From positions 186,001-250,000 of the forward strand of contig JYFJ02000077.1 in the NCBI GenBank assembly GCA_000934665.2: a stretch of DNA of 64,000 nt, read 5' to 3'. The notes beneath the pieces are model-generated. The model saw nothing but the letters and a program-made list of their open reading frames with translations. It had not been told where the DNA came from and searched no databases. The stretch comes from Catajapyx aquilonaris. Taxonomy: Eukaryota. The position numbers and the translations under genes were made by a program. Numbering within the stretch: the stretch's first letter is position 1; each line of letters starts with the position of its first letter. Shown here in pieces: positions 1 through 10,883 of this stretch.

Positions 1-397
1 ACAAAAGTCGGGAGACAACCGCCGCGTTGGAGACGAAGCAGTTCCGCGATGTTTTGCCTGACCCACCCTACAGTCCAGACCTAGCCCCCTGTGACTTCTG
101 GCTATTCCTGAAGATGAAGGAACATCTGAAGGGCAAGAGTTTTGCGTCCGACGAAGAGGTCGCCAATGCAGTGCTTTGTTGGTGTCGTAAACAGCCAGCC
201 TCGTTCTTCTCTGACGGCATGCAAAAACTAGTGCGTCGAAGGCGGAAGTGCATCGCCGTCGGTGGAGATGTCGAAAAATGAATTGCTCCTCGGAAAGTGG
301 GCATTTCAAACTTTTATTTTGAATGTGACATCTTTCATGGTCATCCATTAATAAATAAGTTACAGACCAGGGGGCAAAATTTATTGAACAACCCTCG
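1..397 (+). mobile_element. 3' part of a mariner (Tc1/mariner) transposon, truncated by the window edge
   Basis: Transposase C-terminus followed by a mariner-type right TIR (...AAATTTATTGAACAACCCTCG, ending 397) and TA at 398-399. Confidence 0.9.
27..281 (+). pseudogene. Mariner transposase C-terminal fragment
   Basis: ORF contains PPYSPDLAPCDFWLF (the mariner YSPDLAPxD motif with the third catalytic Asp) and a typical tail (LKGKSF..DEEV...FFSDGMQKLV.R..KCI...GD.EK). Confidence 0.9.
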
Positions 398-408
398 TAT
401 GTATAGTA

Positions 409-1299
409 CAGAACCTTTTATTACGAATGTTACGACTCTATATGGACAAAAAGGTTATTCTGTTTCCAACCCCTGGGTTACCAGCATGTTTTTATGGATC
501 CTGAGGAAGGCTGGAAAAAGGCAATTAAAATCAAGAAAAAAAGAGGAAAAAAACAAGGGGAAGTAAGAAAATTTAAGGGGGGAAATTCATCTCAAATCTA
601 CTTAAAGGGACACTCCACTCAAAATGCAAGTTGGACTCTAAAAATCGGGCAAGAAATCCTGATTCCGAGTGTATAAGCAGTTTTTCTGAGAGACGAACGG
701 TAAGGCCAGGGCGAGCCGTCAAAGTTAGGCAATTCGAATCTGCCGCAAAACAGCAGCGCCTCTCCCGGGACTGGGCAGACATTGGCATATTCCTGCGCCA
801 TCTTGATCCACGCCATGGTCCGCGCCATCTTTGGTCCGTCCCACAGGTTTATCCCGCCACCTCTTGACCCGACCCGACTTTCAGTATTTAAACACTTTCG
901 CCTAGCGCCCAGTGGCGGCGCTCACGGCGGTGGCGGACTGGGCTGGCGGGGCAGCTCATTAGCAGACGACGCAAATTATGAGTCTTTAACGCCTCGTCCT
1001 GGCTTTTCTGTTCCGCGTAGAAAAAAACCGATTGCACCTTCGGAATCAGGATTTTTTGCCCGATTTTTAGAGCCCAACTTGCATTTTGAGTGGAGTGTCC
1101 CTTTAAGCATTGTACCAGGTTGAACATTTTGGTAATGAAAATTTTCGGAAAAAGTCGGGATGGGGTCATACGGGTTCCCCAGAGGTCGAGGACAAGATGT
1201 CCATAAGGTTGCGATGAAATCCGTTTGGGAATAATGTTGGATAGTCAGGATAAACATGTCGTCCATAGAGTCGTACATCATTCTTTATGAACGGGACTG
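409..1299. mobile_element. Old TA-flanked non-autonomous Tc1/pogo-type element hosting a nested MITE
   Basis: Left end TA|CAGAACCTTTTATTACGAATGTTACGACTCTATATGGAC resembles the reverse complement of the right end TA|CAGTCCCGTTCATAAAGAATGATGTACGACTCTATGGAC. TA flanks at 407-408 and 1300-1301. Confidence 0.6.
606..1102. mobile_element. Kolobok-like MITE (TTAA TSD, AG...CT termini)
   Basis: TTAA at 602-605 and 1103-1106. About 60 bp of near-perfect TIR (AGGGACACTCCACTCAAAATGCAAGTTGG...), with degenerate inverted similarity further inward. Purine termini fit Kolobok rather than piggyBac (CC). Confidence 0.8.
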
Positions 1300-1743
1300 T
1301 ACATATGTGTCTAACCCATAAGTCTTGAGCAGTTACCATGACCACATTAATATGTTATTGCAGGTTTGTCATTCTACAGAAATTAAGTTCAGGTACAAAC
1401 CTCAGGCACATTAATCAATGCTTGAAAAAAATTAATTGTGACCTGTTACTTATACAGTGAAACCTGTCTATAATGGACCCTTGATGCAGGGGAACTCGGG
1501 TAACAGAATTTGGTTTTGGCCTGGTGGAGGATGTTCAATACATTTTTGTCATATAAAGGGCAACCTGCATGTTTCATAAAATATTTGCTGTATGGAATGC
1601 TATAGGCTGCATTCAGTACTCTTTCAACTGCCCTTTTAAGACTTTTTGAAATTAGATATTGCCCAAATTAGTCCACTCTGCAAGACTAATTTCTGGTAAA
1701 GTGAATCAGGAGCATAATTATATTGATGGACTTTCTTCTGCAG

Positions 1744-2064
1744 GTGTGCACTTGGCAACCCTTCCCCCACCACCTCCGCCACAGCACCGTGTGTCACCTC
1801 ACCACTCACCAATGGATGAGGAGAAGAAGCGTGGAATGGAGTCGGAACTCATGCAAAGACTCACAACTGCAGCAGCTACTGCTGCATATGAGTCTGATGG
1901 GGCTGCCTTCCATGGTGGGGATGGAGGAGACAGGAAGGGGGGCAGTGGTGGTTCAGGAGGGGGCAGTGGTGGAGGAGGAGGTGGAAGTGGGAGTGCAGCG
2001 AGTGGTGCAGAAGGAGAAGCATCTGGTGGAAGGAATGAGGAAGGGGAAGGTGCAATGCCTGAAG
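1744..2064 (+). CDS. chinmo: Internal coding exon of chinmo orthologue (Pro/Gly-rich linker)
   Basis: Acceptor ttcttctgcag|, donor GAAG|gtagtt; phase 1 at both ends; open frame VHLATLPPPPPPQH...GGSGGG...MPE. Confidence 0.7.
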
Positions 2065-2128
2065 GTAGTTGTGGCTTAGTTGAGGCATATGTGTCAGGGA
2101 ACTTATCTCGGTGGTGTAATTATTCCAG

Positions 2129-2323
2129 ATTTGAGAATCAAAATGGAGCCTAGGGATGGTAATGCCAAGTCTGGTCAGCAGCAGCAGCATCGTTATTCGG
2201 ATGAACGTTCTAATAAGCACCCTGCTACACCCCATGTCATAGAAACTCAGGGGTGGGCAGTGGCCTCTTTTGCTCAACGAGTACCTGAAGGGACTGAGGG
2301 AGCAACAGTACAAAGTGCTGAAG
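2129..2323 (+). CDS. chinmo: Internal coding exon of chinmo orthologue
   Basis: 64-nt GT-AG intron at 2065-2128; acceptor tattccag|, donor GAAG|gttagt; phase 1/1. Encodes DLRIKMEP...TVQSAE, giving SAEG|KKLKC, similar to the ...TADGKKLKC I recall for Drosophila Chinmo. Confidence 0.75.
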
Positions 2324-2774
2324 GTTAGTGGTAACAAATTTTTAAAACTAGTACAGTAACTTGGGATGCCAGCAAGCCTGGTTTTTCTTATTCAACCTTT
2401 ACCTCTTGCTGTATGGAAATTATGTACCTAGACATATGAAGTTACAACCTTGGTAATATAAATGTGATATTGCACAACTTATAGCATCAAACTGATAATT
2501 TTGTGAAATCCTGAAATGTATATGGCTGCTGCATTACTAAATGCATATGCTATGGGCACAGTGATATGGGCATTTTTGCCGTAATGAACCAAGGTTCGGA
2601 CTATTTTCAACAAACTTTCATTGCGATTTGCCATGCTTGTGGAAAACCTATGGGGATGCTGTTTTTTCTATCAAGTTTCCAGGTAGAGAGGACTGCATTT
2701 TGCCACAGCTGCAGTGGTATAGCATGTGCAATATTTTTCAGAGGTTTTGAGTGCTTCATTTTTCTCACACACAG

Positions 2775-3271
2775 GCAAAAAGCTCAAGTGCCCGTTTTGT
2801 GACCGCCTATACGGCTACGAGACGAATCTGCGTGCGCACATCCGCCAGCGTCACCAGGGCATTCGTGTGCCCTGTCCCTTCTGCACCCGCACCTTCACCC
2901 GCAACAACACTGTGCGCCGGCACATTGCCCGGGAGCACCGTGGCCTCCTCACCATCCGTGGTTTGCAGCAGCAGCCAAGGGTACCTCCTTTGCCGACCGC
3001 TGCCCCCCAGCCTCCAACATCACATTCTTCGCAGCAGACCCCACCCAGGAGTGTTGTTGTGACTAACCCACCATCCTCATACGTGTCAGTCGTGACCTCC
3101 TCTGGGGGTGTCCCTACCATTACACACTCCTCTGCCCCACCACCCTCTCAGGTCAACTCTGGTGGTGGAGGCTATCCAGGACCCACCCAGGGGCAGCCAC
3201 CACCCTCACCAGGCCAGCAACAGACCTCTCACTCAGACCTGGGGCGACCACCGTCGGGATTTGGCCAGTGA
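2775..3271 (+). CDS. chinmo: Terminal exon of BTB-zinc-finger transcription factor Chinmo (two C2H2 fingers)
   Basis: Acceptor tttttctcacacacag|, phase 1. KKLKCPFCDRLYGYETNLRAHIRQRHQGIRVPCPFCTRTFTRNNTVRRHIAREH is near-identical to the Chinmo finger pair as I recall it. TGA stop at 3269-3271. The BTB exons lie upstream of the window. Confidence 0.92.
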
Positions 3272-3922
3272 GCGGTCATAATTGAGTATAATATTTCCCT
3301 GCCCCTTTTTTTAAACAAATGAATATATGATAATGGTAAGCTCCCACCCCAAAACACTACAAACCACATCCCTTTTTTTATACACCAGAACTGTTGTTTT
3401 TGTTCGGTTACGTTTTTAGAGAGGAGGGGATGAAGTAGGGAAGTGCTAAACCACATAGGTAATAACTAATATTCTATGGCCATGAATTTGCTTTATTCAG
3501 TGAAATTAGTTAAGCGTATAAAATTATTTTTAAACCCATCGACACACCAAGTGAAATGCTTATGTGATTGAGTAGGTGATGCATTGTGTTCTCCTCTAAT
3601 ACACAGTTTACACAGATACAAAATTCTTTGGAAAGTAAGCATTGTGCCAGGGCTAGTTGTATCAGCAAAGAGTAGGGGAAATTAATATTCTGATTGTGTA
3701 TGACATCCACAATTGGATAGTTTCGTATAATTTGCCATGCTACAACCAGCCCTTGATGCTGAAATGGGTGATTCCAGTATGCTTGCTTTTGGTTCAAAAT
3801 AAATTGGCAGTTAATTTTTTTGTCACAAAGTTCAGATAGACTCTCAAGGAATTTATTAGGACCGACCATGCCCGTTAAGGTTTATTCTACCTCCATAACT
3901 TCAAGAGTGGGCGAGAGTTATA

Positions 3923-4356
3923 CAGGTGACTCCGGATGTACCAGCCTCAGCTCTAACAGATTCTTGGTTATAGCAGACTCGAAAAGCTGGCCCCACCACA
4001 CATCCATATATGGCCTGTGTATTTGACTATAACAGACCTTGGTTATAGCCATAATGTTCTACTTGGCACTGGCGTCGGTCCACAGAGCACTACTTTTAGG
4101 GTCATGTTTGGGTAAAAGGTTTTTTTGAACCAACCTACCATCCTCTCTGTGCAGCTGGGTCAGTAGAATAATTTCCAGAGCCAGCCACCTGAACAAGGCC
4201 CGAAGTAGTGCTCTATGGAGGGACGGCAGCGTCAAATCCGTGTACAGCTAAGTTCACGCACAGGGGGAGGTATTTGCGCGACCTAAGTAATAGGCCGCAG
4301 TTATAGCTGACTGATTTCTGTGGTTCATTGAAGACTGTTACATCCAGAGTCTACTG
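3923..4356. mobile_element. pogo/Tigger-like MITE
   Basis: TA|CAGGTGACTCCGGATGTACCAG on the left versus reverse-complement right end TA|CAGTAGACTCTGGATGTAACAG; repeated subterminal GTTATAGC motifs; TA flanks at 3921-3922 and 4357-4358. Confidence 0.7.
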
Positions 4357-5095
4357 TATATACCATTGGACAGTACATTACAATAGAGACTGTCCAAGGG
4401 TATGGTATGTAGGACACCTGTCCACATTTCAAGATAAAACAACAGGGGTGAACATTCAAGCAATTTCCACCATTGTGGATCAGATCTGACTTCTTCTGCC
4501 CAGTATAAACCAAATTAGAAATAAGTTTGAAAATTATAAATAACATAATCACCTATTTAGGCATTAGCAGCATATTTGTTTTGTGCTGGTAGAAGCCAAT
4601 CTTCCAAATTGGAACTTGTCATTACTTTTTATTTTATCACATTCTACTTTGCATTTGTCAGGAACATATAAACTGTAAGGTCTTCAGTGCAACTTCATTT
4701 GCTTTGAAATATTTTGCAATGTAAAATAAAGAATCATCATGCTGATCGATAAGAAACAGAAGTTACATAGGGTGTGATGAAGTATAGGAGGATCCTTTTT
4801 CATAAAAATGGCATGAATGCATTGTCAAAACCAAGTGACAAGGTTTTATTATTCTGAGCAATATTGAGGTGCAGGATTTTCACATGTGCTAGTCACTGAT
4901 CACTCAACTTGCATGATGTCATGAAACAAGAAAGATTGGCAATGATGGAGAATGCAACAAGCATCTGAGATATGTCCAGTGGTTTGCTATGTTGCAAATA
5001 TTTACCACATGATGGCCTGACAGGTTCTGTACAGCATGCTCACCTGCAAGGGCAGTTCTCAGGTTGTTCTTAGGGCTCCTTTCTCACAGAATTTA

Positions 5096-5827
5096 CGAGG
5101 GCGAATCAGAAAGCAATTGAAAACTTTTTAAATTCAGAAGTTTTACTAGAGAAACTGAAACTGAGATATACATATGAAAGGGCAAGTCTTTCTCTAATTT
5201 TAGACATAGTCACCATACAATTTGGTGCATTTTTCTCAGCAGGACACTAGCTTTTCCATACCCCTGCAGAAAAAAGCGTCAGACTGGGTGGGAAGGCAGT
5301 GGGGGATGACCTCTTTCACTTCCTGGATGTTGCTGAAGTTCTTACCTGCCATGTGCTTCTTCATTGGTCCAAAGAGATGGCAGACCTTGGTTAAAACCAT
5401 CTCTTTGGACCAAAAAAGAAGCACCTGGCAGGTCAGAACTTCAGCATGGGTGGTAAGCCAGTGTGGGATGGCCTCTTTCACTTCCTCAATGTCGCTGAGT
5501 TCTTGAGATGCTAGTTCTTTTTTGGTCCAAAGAGGTGGTTTTACCCATGGTCTACCATCTCTTTGGACCAATGACGAAGCACCTAGCAGGTAAGAACGTC
5601 AGCAACATTGAGGAAGTGAAAGAGGCCATCCACCACTGGCTTCCCACCCAGTCTGATGTGTTTTTCTGCAGGGGTATGGAAGAGCAAGGGTCCTGCTGGG
5701 ACAAATCCACCAAAGTGTATGGTGACTATGACTAAAATTAGAGAAAGACTTGCCCTTTCGTATGTATATCTCATTTCAGTTTCTCTAGAATTAAAAAAGT
5801 TTTCAATTACTTTCTGATTCACCCTTG
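5096..5827. mobile_element. Palindromic (foldback) mariner-derived element built from transposase 3' ends
   Basis: TA|CGAGGGCGAATCAGAAAG...CTTTCTGATTCACCCTTG|TA. Inverted arms of ~280 bp both encode a mariner C-terminus (HLFGPM.KH.AGKN.SNI.EVKE.I..WLPTQSD.FFCRGME) on opposite strands. Confidence 0.9.
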
Positions 5828-6504
5828 TATGATTGATTGATTGGACTTTTATTTGTGCAAGAGCAGCATTAGCTATACTGAGCCAACATTACTCGCACCT
5901 GGTGAGGCTTGTGATTGAACTTGTTTCATCAAAATAATGTAAAACACTGCAAATAAGTAAAACACTCTTATACTTAATAACTTGCGCCCTGGGAATCATA
6001 ATACGTATCTTCTGCAGTTGCACATGTATTGCCCTTTAAATTGTTCTGCTGTTCCATTATTTTCATTGGACATGCTCGGTGACTAGTGCATGTGGAATTC
6101 CCAATTATTGCACTGTGTATAGGAAAGACAATGTGATTAGATTGTAATTGTTCTGACAATGAATTAATTTTTTTGCATGCATGTTTGGCCAATAATTCTA
6201 CTACTTGAGACGAAGCCAATTTTGTGGTTATCTGTAATATGTGATTTTGCACTCTCCCCTTCCAGTTGATGATCATGATAATTGAAGGCAGACTGGAGAA
6301 ATTTTAACTTCTGGGTTAAAGAAAGGGCAGAGTAGAATTTATTTATAGAGTCGGATGAGTATCTCATAGGCAGGTGTACTAGCACCTCATTTATTCGGGC
6401 AGTTTGCAGCATGTAGGGCCAGGTGGCCAGTCTTGGGAGGTGATTGCTGACCTAAAAGGTCCAACCCAAGAGGTAAGCCACACTGCTACTACTTTTAAGC
6501 TGTC

Positions 6505-6526
6505 ACATTACATACCTACTACCTCA
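6505..6526 (+). promoter_or_regulatory. Near-perfect let-7 complementary site
   Basis: ACATTACATACCTACTACCTCA versus let-7 reverse complement ACTATACAACCTACTACCTCA: miRNA nt 1-13 pair perfectly, one bulged T, then nt 14-17 and 20-21 pair. Confidence 0.85.
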
Positions 6527-7357
6527 AGTTTTATGTTTTTGGATGCATTTTTTTTATCTCCTCAAATATTATCAGGTTTATAGCCATGAAGTATTCCCCT
6601 CCTCTCACCTTGTAAAAGAACATTCAGTTAAAGGAAAACCGCCCGCTCAGGTACTTTAGTTTCTAGATTAGATGTATTTCACCCCAGCCCCCGCCAACTA
6701 ATTTTATATAGCAATGGAAAAAGTACAAACTTAACCTACACTGCAAAGCTGTTTGGTTTTTTAATCCAGCAATGCTCATCATATAGTTTTTACTGATGCA
6801 TTATTTGTTTTTATCTCAAGTTCAAATACATCTCAATTCAGGGCTCTGTACAGGTACAACAGTCATGATTCTCTGATTGTTGGATTCATTGTCCTTGTCT
6901 GACTCTATGTTTTTACTGTCTCTGCAAGCAGATATTCCGGGTAACAAAATATTCAATTCCTCTGTTGTCTTAAACCTTCATGCAGCTTGAGTTGGTGTTG
7001 TTTTCTTAGTGTTCGTGGTTTTTTTTTTTGCTGTTGAATTATTTTTTTCTGGTTGCAAGTGGACAATTTTATTGGTCATGGGCCCCTAGTTGTGTCATGG
7101 TGGCTGTGCTGTGGATACGTAAAAATAATTGTGGGCAGTTTTTTTTATAGTAAATTGATATGGGAGAGTTAGCCACCATTAAAATTGTCCATAGTTGGGA
7201 AGTATGATACATGACAACAATGTTGTGTGTTCTTGTGTTTGACTCTCAAGTGTGTTCTTCTGTTGCTCATAAGTAAGATTTCATGTCATGGTTTTAACAT
7301 GTATATGGGCATGTTGACTAACAGTTTAATTAGCATAATCAAGTTGCAATTATTGCA

Positions 7358-7364
7358 TACCTCA
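7358..7364 (+). promoter_or_regulatory. let-7 7mer-A1 seed site
   Basis: TACCTCA, about 30 nt upstream of a miR-125 seed match. Confidence 0.5.
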
Positions 7365-7376
7365 GGCTTTTTTAAA

Positions 7377-7400
7377 GTAAGTTGGGATTTGCTTCAGGGA
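7377..7400 (+). promoter_or_regulatory. miR-125 site with 3' supplementary pairing
   Basis: GTAAGTTGGG-ATTTGC-TTCAGGGA versus miR-125 reverse complement TCACAAGTTAGGGTCTCAGGGA: seed match TCAGGGA plus pairing to nt 11-20 with G:U wobbles. Confidence 0.6.
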
Positions 7401-8462
7401 CGGTACAATCAATCGTTGCAAAGGGTTTCTTTTTAGGTTTATTTTTGGTGCTACAAAAGATGCTTCAGAAGATGCATACAAATTTGTTTTTAGGGCCATT
7501 GTTGGATGTGCATGACTCAGTGCAGTCATGAACCACTATCGCAATAGTTAAACAGTTGAAACGCATACCGGTATTTACCTCGTAGGATAGCCACTCAAGT
7601 TTTACACAATCAATCAGGTGCTGGTAACAATCATAAACATGGTTACCTTTTCAAGACGGGTTTGTGAGCAGTTTATTTGTACCTTGTGTCATCTGTGCAA
7701 TTGTTGCAAATCTAGGATCTGAATGGGTTTGTGATGTGGTGCTGTTCAACAATGACAGCATAGAATTTGAGTCATTGAGATCAAGAAAGGGATAGGTGAC
7801 GGTATGGTCAGTATATGACAAGTTCCCCTATGATTCCACTGCAAACAAGTTGCTCTTGAGTAAATGCAAGAAATATGTCATTTGGTACTCTTATGAAATG
7901 GCGCCAATTGAGGCTGCCATAATGGCTTTTGCTTAAGAATTCAGGGCCTGTGGAGTCATTGATGGACTAGTGCATGAACATACCAGCAAAAGTAACGTAA
8001 TTTTATTAACAGACTTTTATGATATGGGAATTGTTTGTAATATTTTTAAATGTGGAAAATTAAATTCATCCCTGAAATTGAACGAAGCTTAATTTTTCTG
8101 GTATGAGTAGGCATCACTGACACAACAGATCTGGATTTGTAACACATTGTAATGTCTTAGATCTGAATTTATGATTAGTTTAAGTTTGTAATTAAGTGAT
8201 ATGTGGTGCGGTCAAATTGCAATATATATTTTTAATCGCCTCCTTGCCCCAAGTCCATAAGGTATGAAATCTTACTTATCATACACCTTGTTTTGCTGTG
8301 TCTGCCGAAGCAGACTACTTTGTACAATTTTGTTCGAGTCACGTTGGGCATTGTCAATCAGCATGTGGGGAGAAAAGAAGAAAAAAAAATAGACTTTCTT
8401 GTTTTACCCCGGCTTAAAAAGAAAAAAATCACAGCACACTGGCTAGTCATGACCAACAGGTA

Positions 8463-8482
8463 AACTGTTACAGATTACCTCA
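8463..8482 (+). promoter_or_regulatory. let-7 7mer-A1 site with 3' pairing
   Basis: AACTGTTACAGATTACCTCA: TACCTCA at 8476-8482, preceded by AACTGTTACA resembling the complement of the let-7 3' end (ACTATACA). Confidence 0.55.
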
Positions 8483-8905
8483 CACAGACCTCAGGAAAAT
8501 AGAGTTACATGGTACAATATCAGTTTTAAAAAATGAAAAAAAAATAGAGAAAGATTAACCCGTACCATTTTTATGATTGTAGTGTTTAAGTTTCTATCTT
8601 TATTCTTATATGTACATAATATATTATAAACACAGTATATTTGCTTTGTAATAGTAGTTTAGCAAGAGTAGATTTTAGAGCTTGTGACTGCGTCAAGGAA
8701 AGGGACAGTTGTCCAGTTTTATTTGCCTGTTTTTTTTTGTAAGTAGGGTTATGTGTGCCTAACATGGAGAGCACAGGTGGAAATGTAACGGAGGTGACTT
8801 TCTTTACCATGATGTTACATTGAGTGTGGCACAAGTCGTGAGCCCCAGGCGCCTCCTCCCAGTGTAATGTGTGCTTTTCATGGATGTTTTAGAGATGGGA
8901 TGGCA

Positions 8906-8913
8906 TACGGGTT
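8906..8913 (+). promoter_or_regulatory. miR-100 seed match
   Basis: TACGGGTT is the exact complement of miR-100 nt 1-8 (AACCCGUA). It is a single site. Confidence 0.35.
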
Positions 8914-9961
8914 GCGCAGTGGTACCTAATAGCAAAAAAACCCCACATAAATGCAGTAGTCAAAAAAAATTGTCAGGTTTTTCCAATACTTCCAGGATAG
9001 TAACAAATTATGGTACAAGTGCCAATACCAATTTTTGGCTTGACAAGTATCACTGCCGACCGCTTTTTCTAAGAAAAATAAAAGAGACAAATAGATAATA
9101 AGTCACCACATACAAATATTTAAGGTACCTCTAACATGGCACACTCAATGTTGGCGGAAGTATTTTTGTCTTGTGCTCTTCAAACCTCATTCAGCTGTAC
9201 CTCTTACCTGTTGCATTGTTTGTGGTACAACTTCCCACAAATGAGCCGGTAAATGCAACTAACAATAGGTTGTGTTCCCAGTTACACAACATTATGATGC
9301 CAGGATTTTTTTTACTCCCACTCTCAACAGACAAACTGTAACCCGAAGTACAAAGGCTGTCAGTTTCAAGTGCAAGTTTGAAGCAAAATATAAATAAATA
9401 AGTAAAGAAATTCAGAAAATAAATAAAAAGTAAAAAATAAAACAAAAAGTGTTGGAAGGAAGGGTGCGAATTTTTTCCCTTGGAAAGACGATAGTGTAGA
9501 TTCTTACTTGTGACATGTTTGATTTGATTATTTTTTGAGACACTGTATCAAAGTTGTTGATTGGTGGAAAGGTTCACATTTAGTGATCACGGGAGTGCAC
9601 ATGACATTCACATGAAATGTGGCAGGATGTGTAGGCAGTTGCACTCAATTTGTGGATTATAAAAAAAAAAAGAGTACTGTATAATGCTATCTATGATGTG
9701 ATTGAGGAGAGTTTTTTGAGGATCTATTTAGAGCCAAACTGCAGTGTATTAGCAGTTGGATTATATTATACTATGGAAAGATTTTTTATTTTGAGGGGGG
9801 GTGGGGGGATGAGCAAATGAAAAGCAGAAAAGTTTGGGGGAAATTTTTTGGCCCTTAGTAATCAGGAAAGTGTTCACATATACAGGATTACCCGACCAAG
9901 ATATAAGTTGCTTTTCTCTGTGTGAGATCATTTTGAGGCAGTCTATTTATTTTCCATTAAA

Positions 9962-9968
9962 TACCTCA
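9962..9968 (+). promoter_or_regulatory. let-7 7mer-A1 seed site
   Basis: TACCTCA. Confidence 0.4.
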
Positions 9969-10883
9969 TAGGATTTGTTCCAGAATTTTACAGGGAAGTT
10001 AGGCTTGAGACTAAATGACTCCCCAAAGCAGGTTTCTACAGCCGATGTTCCACCAGTTTCACTCAGGTTTAATATAGGTAACCAGGCAAAGTGATTTTTA
10101 TTTCCAGTTACAGAGAATCAACTGATGCATAATAACAGTGAGCTTAACTGGCAGCAAAGCTCAATTTTAATGCTTGAGTCAGAAAAAGTACCAATAATAA
10201 TAATCAGTTGTTTCCTCAATCTGCATACCTTTAAAAAAAAAATTATCTATCACCTTCCTCCTCTTTGTGGGTGTGTTATTATGGTCTTATTAGGTTGATA
10301 AAAGAAGCACAGCACGGTATCATCATAATTTAATTGTTGCAAAGCTGCAATAATTTACTGCAGAGCAGTGTATTACTTTCTAAGTTGGCAATCAATTGCG
10401 ATATATGCAGAGCTTTTTCAAATCGTTAATGAATTTGGCACTATATTATTATGAATTATATTTCTTTTTTTGCTAACTTTAGATTAACAAGTGTTGACAA
10501 ATGATTTTGAAGGTTGTGTTTGTTGAAAGTTTAGACTCTATTTGTTGGATTGGCTTTGAAAACATTATGTTCTGCATTATTTGTGTGTGTGTGAGAGTGT
10601 GTGCCATATTATGCATGCGTTTTAAAAATATATAAGTCAACCTTGATGGAACAAATGTGTGATTTTGTGTGGTTATGACAGAAATTTTATGTGGTATTTG
10701 TCTAATTTCCACTTTCAGCCATTAATATATTACACACTTTTATTTGAAAGGCTATGTTTTCAAGCAGAAATTAACTGACGTTGTGGATTTTTGGGTAATG
10801 AATCGGCTGTTAACAGGAATTACATTCACATTTTTAAAAACTCTTTCCAACATTTGGCACAAGTATTACAATGGATCATAACT

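Noticed and set aside
1455..1616. pogo-like TIR start TACAGTGAAACCTGTCTATAATGGAC
   Set aside because: The right end is too degenerate to define an element.
1659..2153. Full ORF as a single-exon gene
   Set aside because: Starts at TTG in intron-like sequence; splice signals delimit 1744-2064 as an exon.
9923..9936. TGAGATCATTTTGA, identical to the first 14 nt of Drosophila bantam miRNA
   Set aside because: The match breaks after 14 nt and I see no complementary 5' arm for a precursor hairpin; sense orientation also cannot be a target site.
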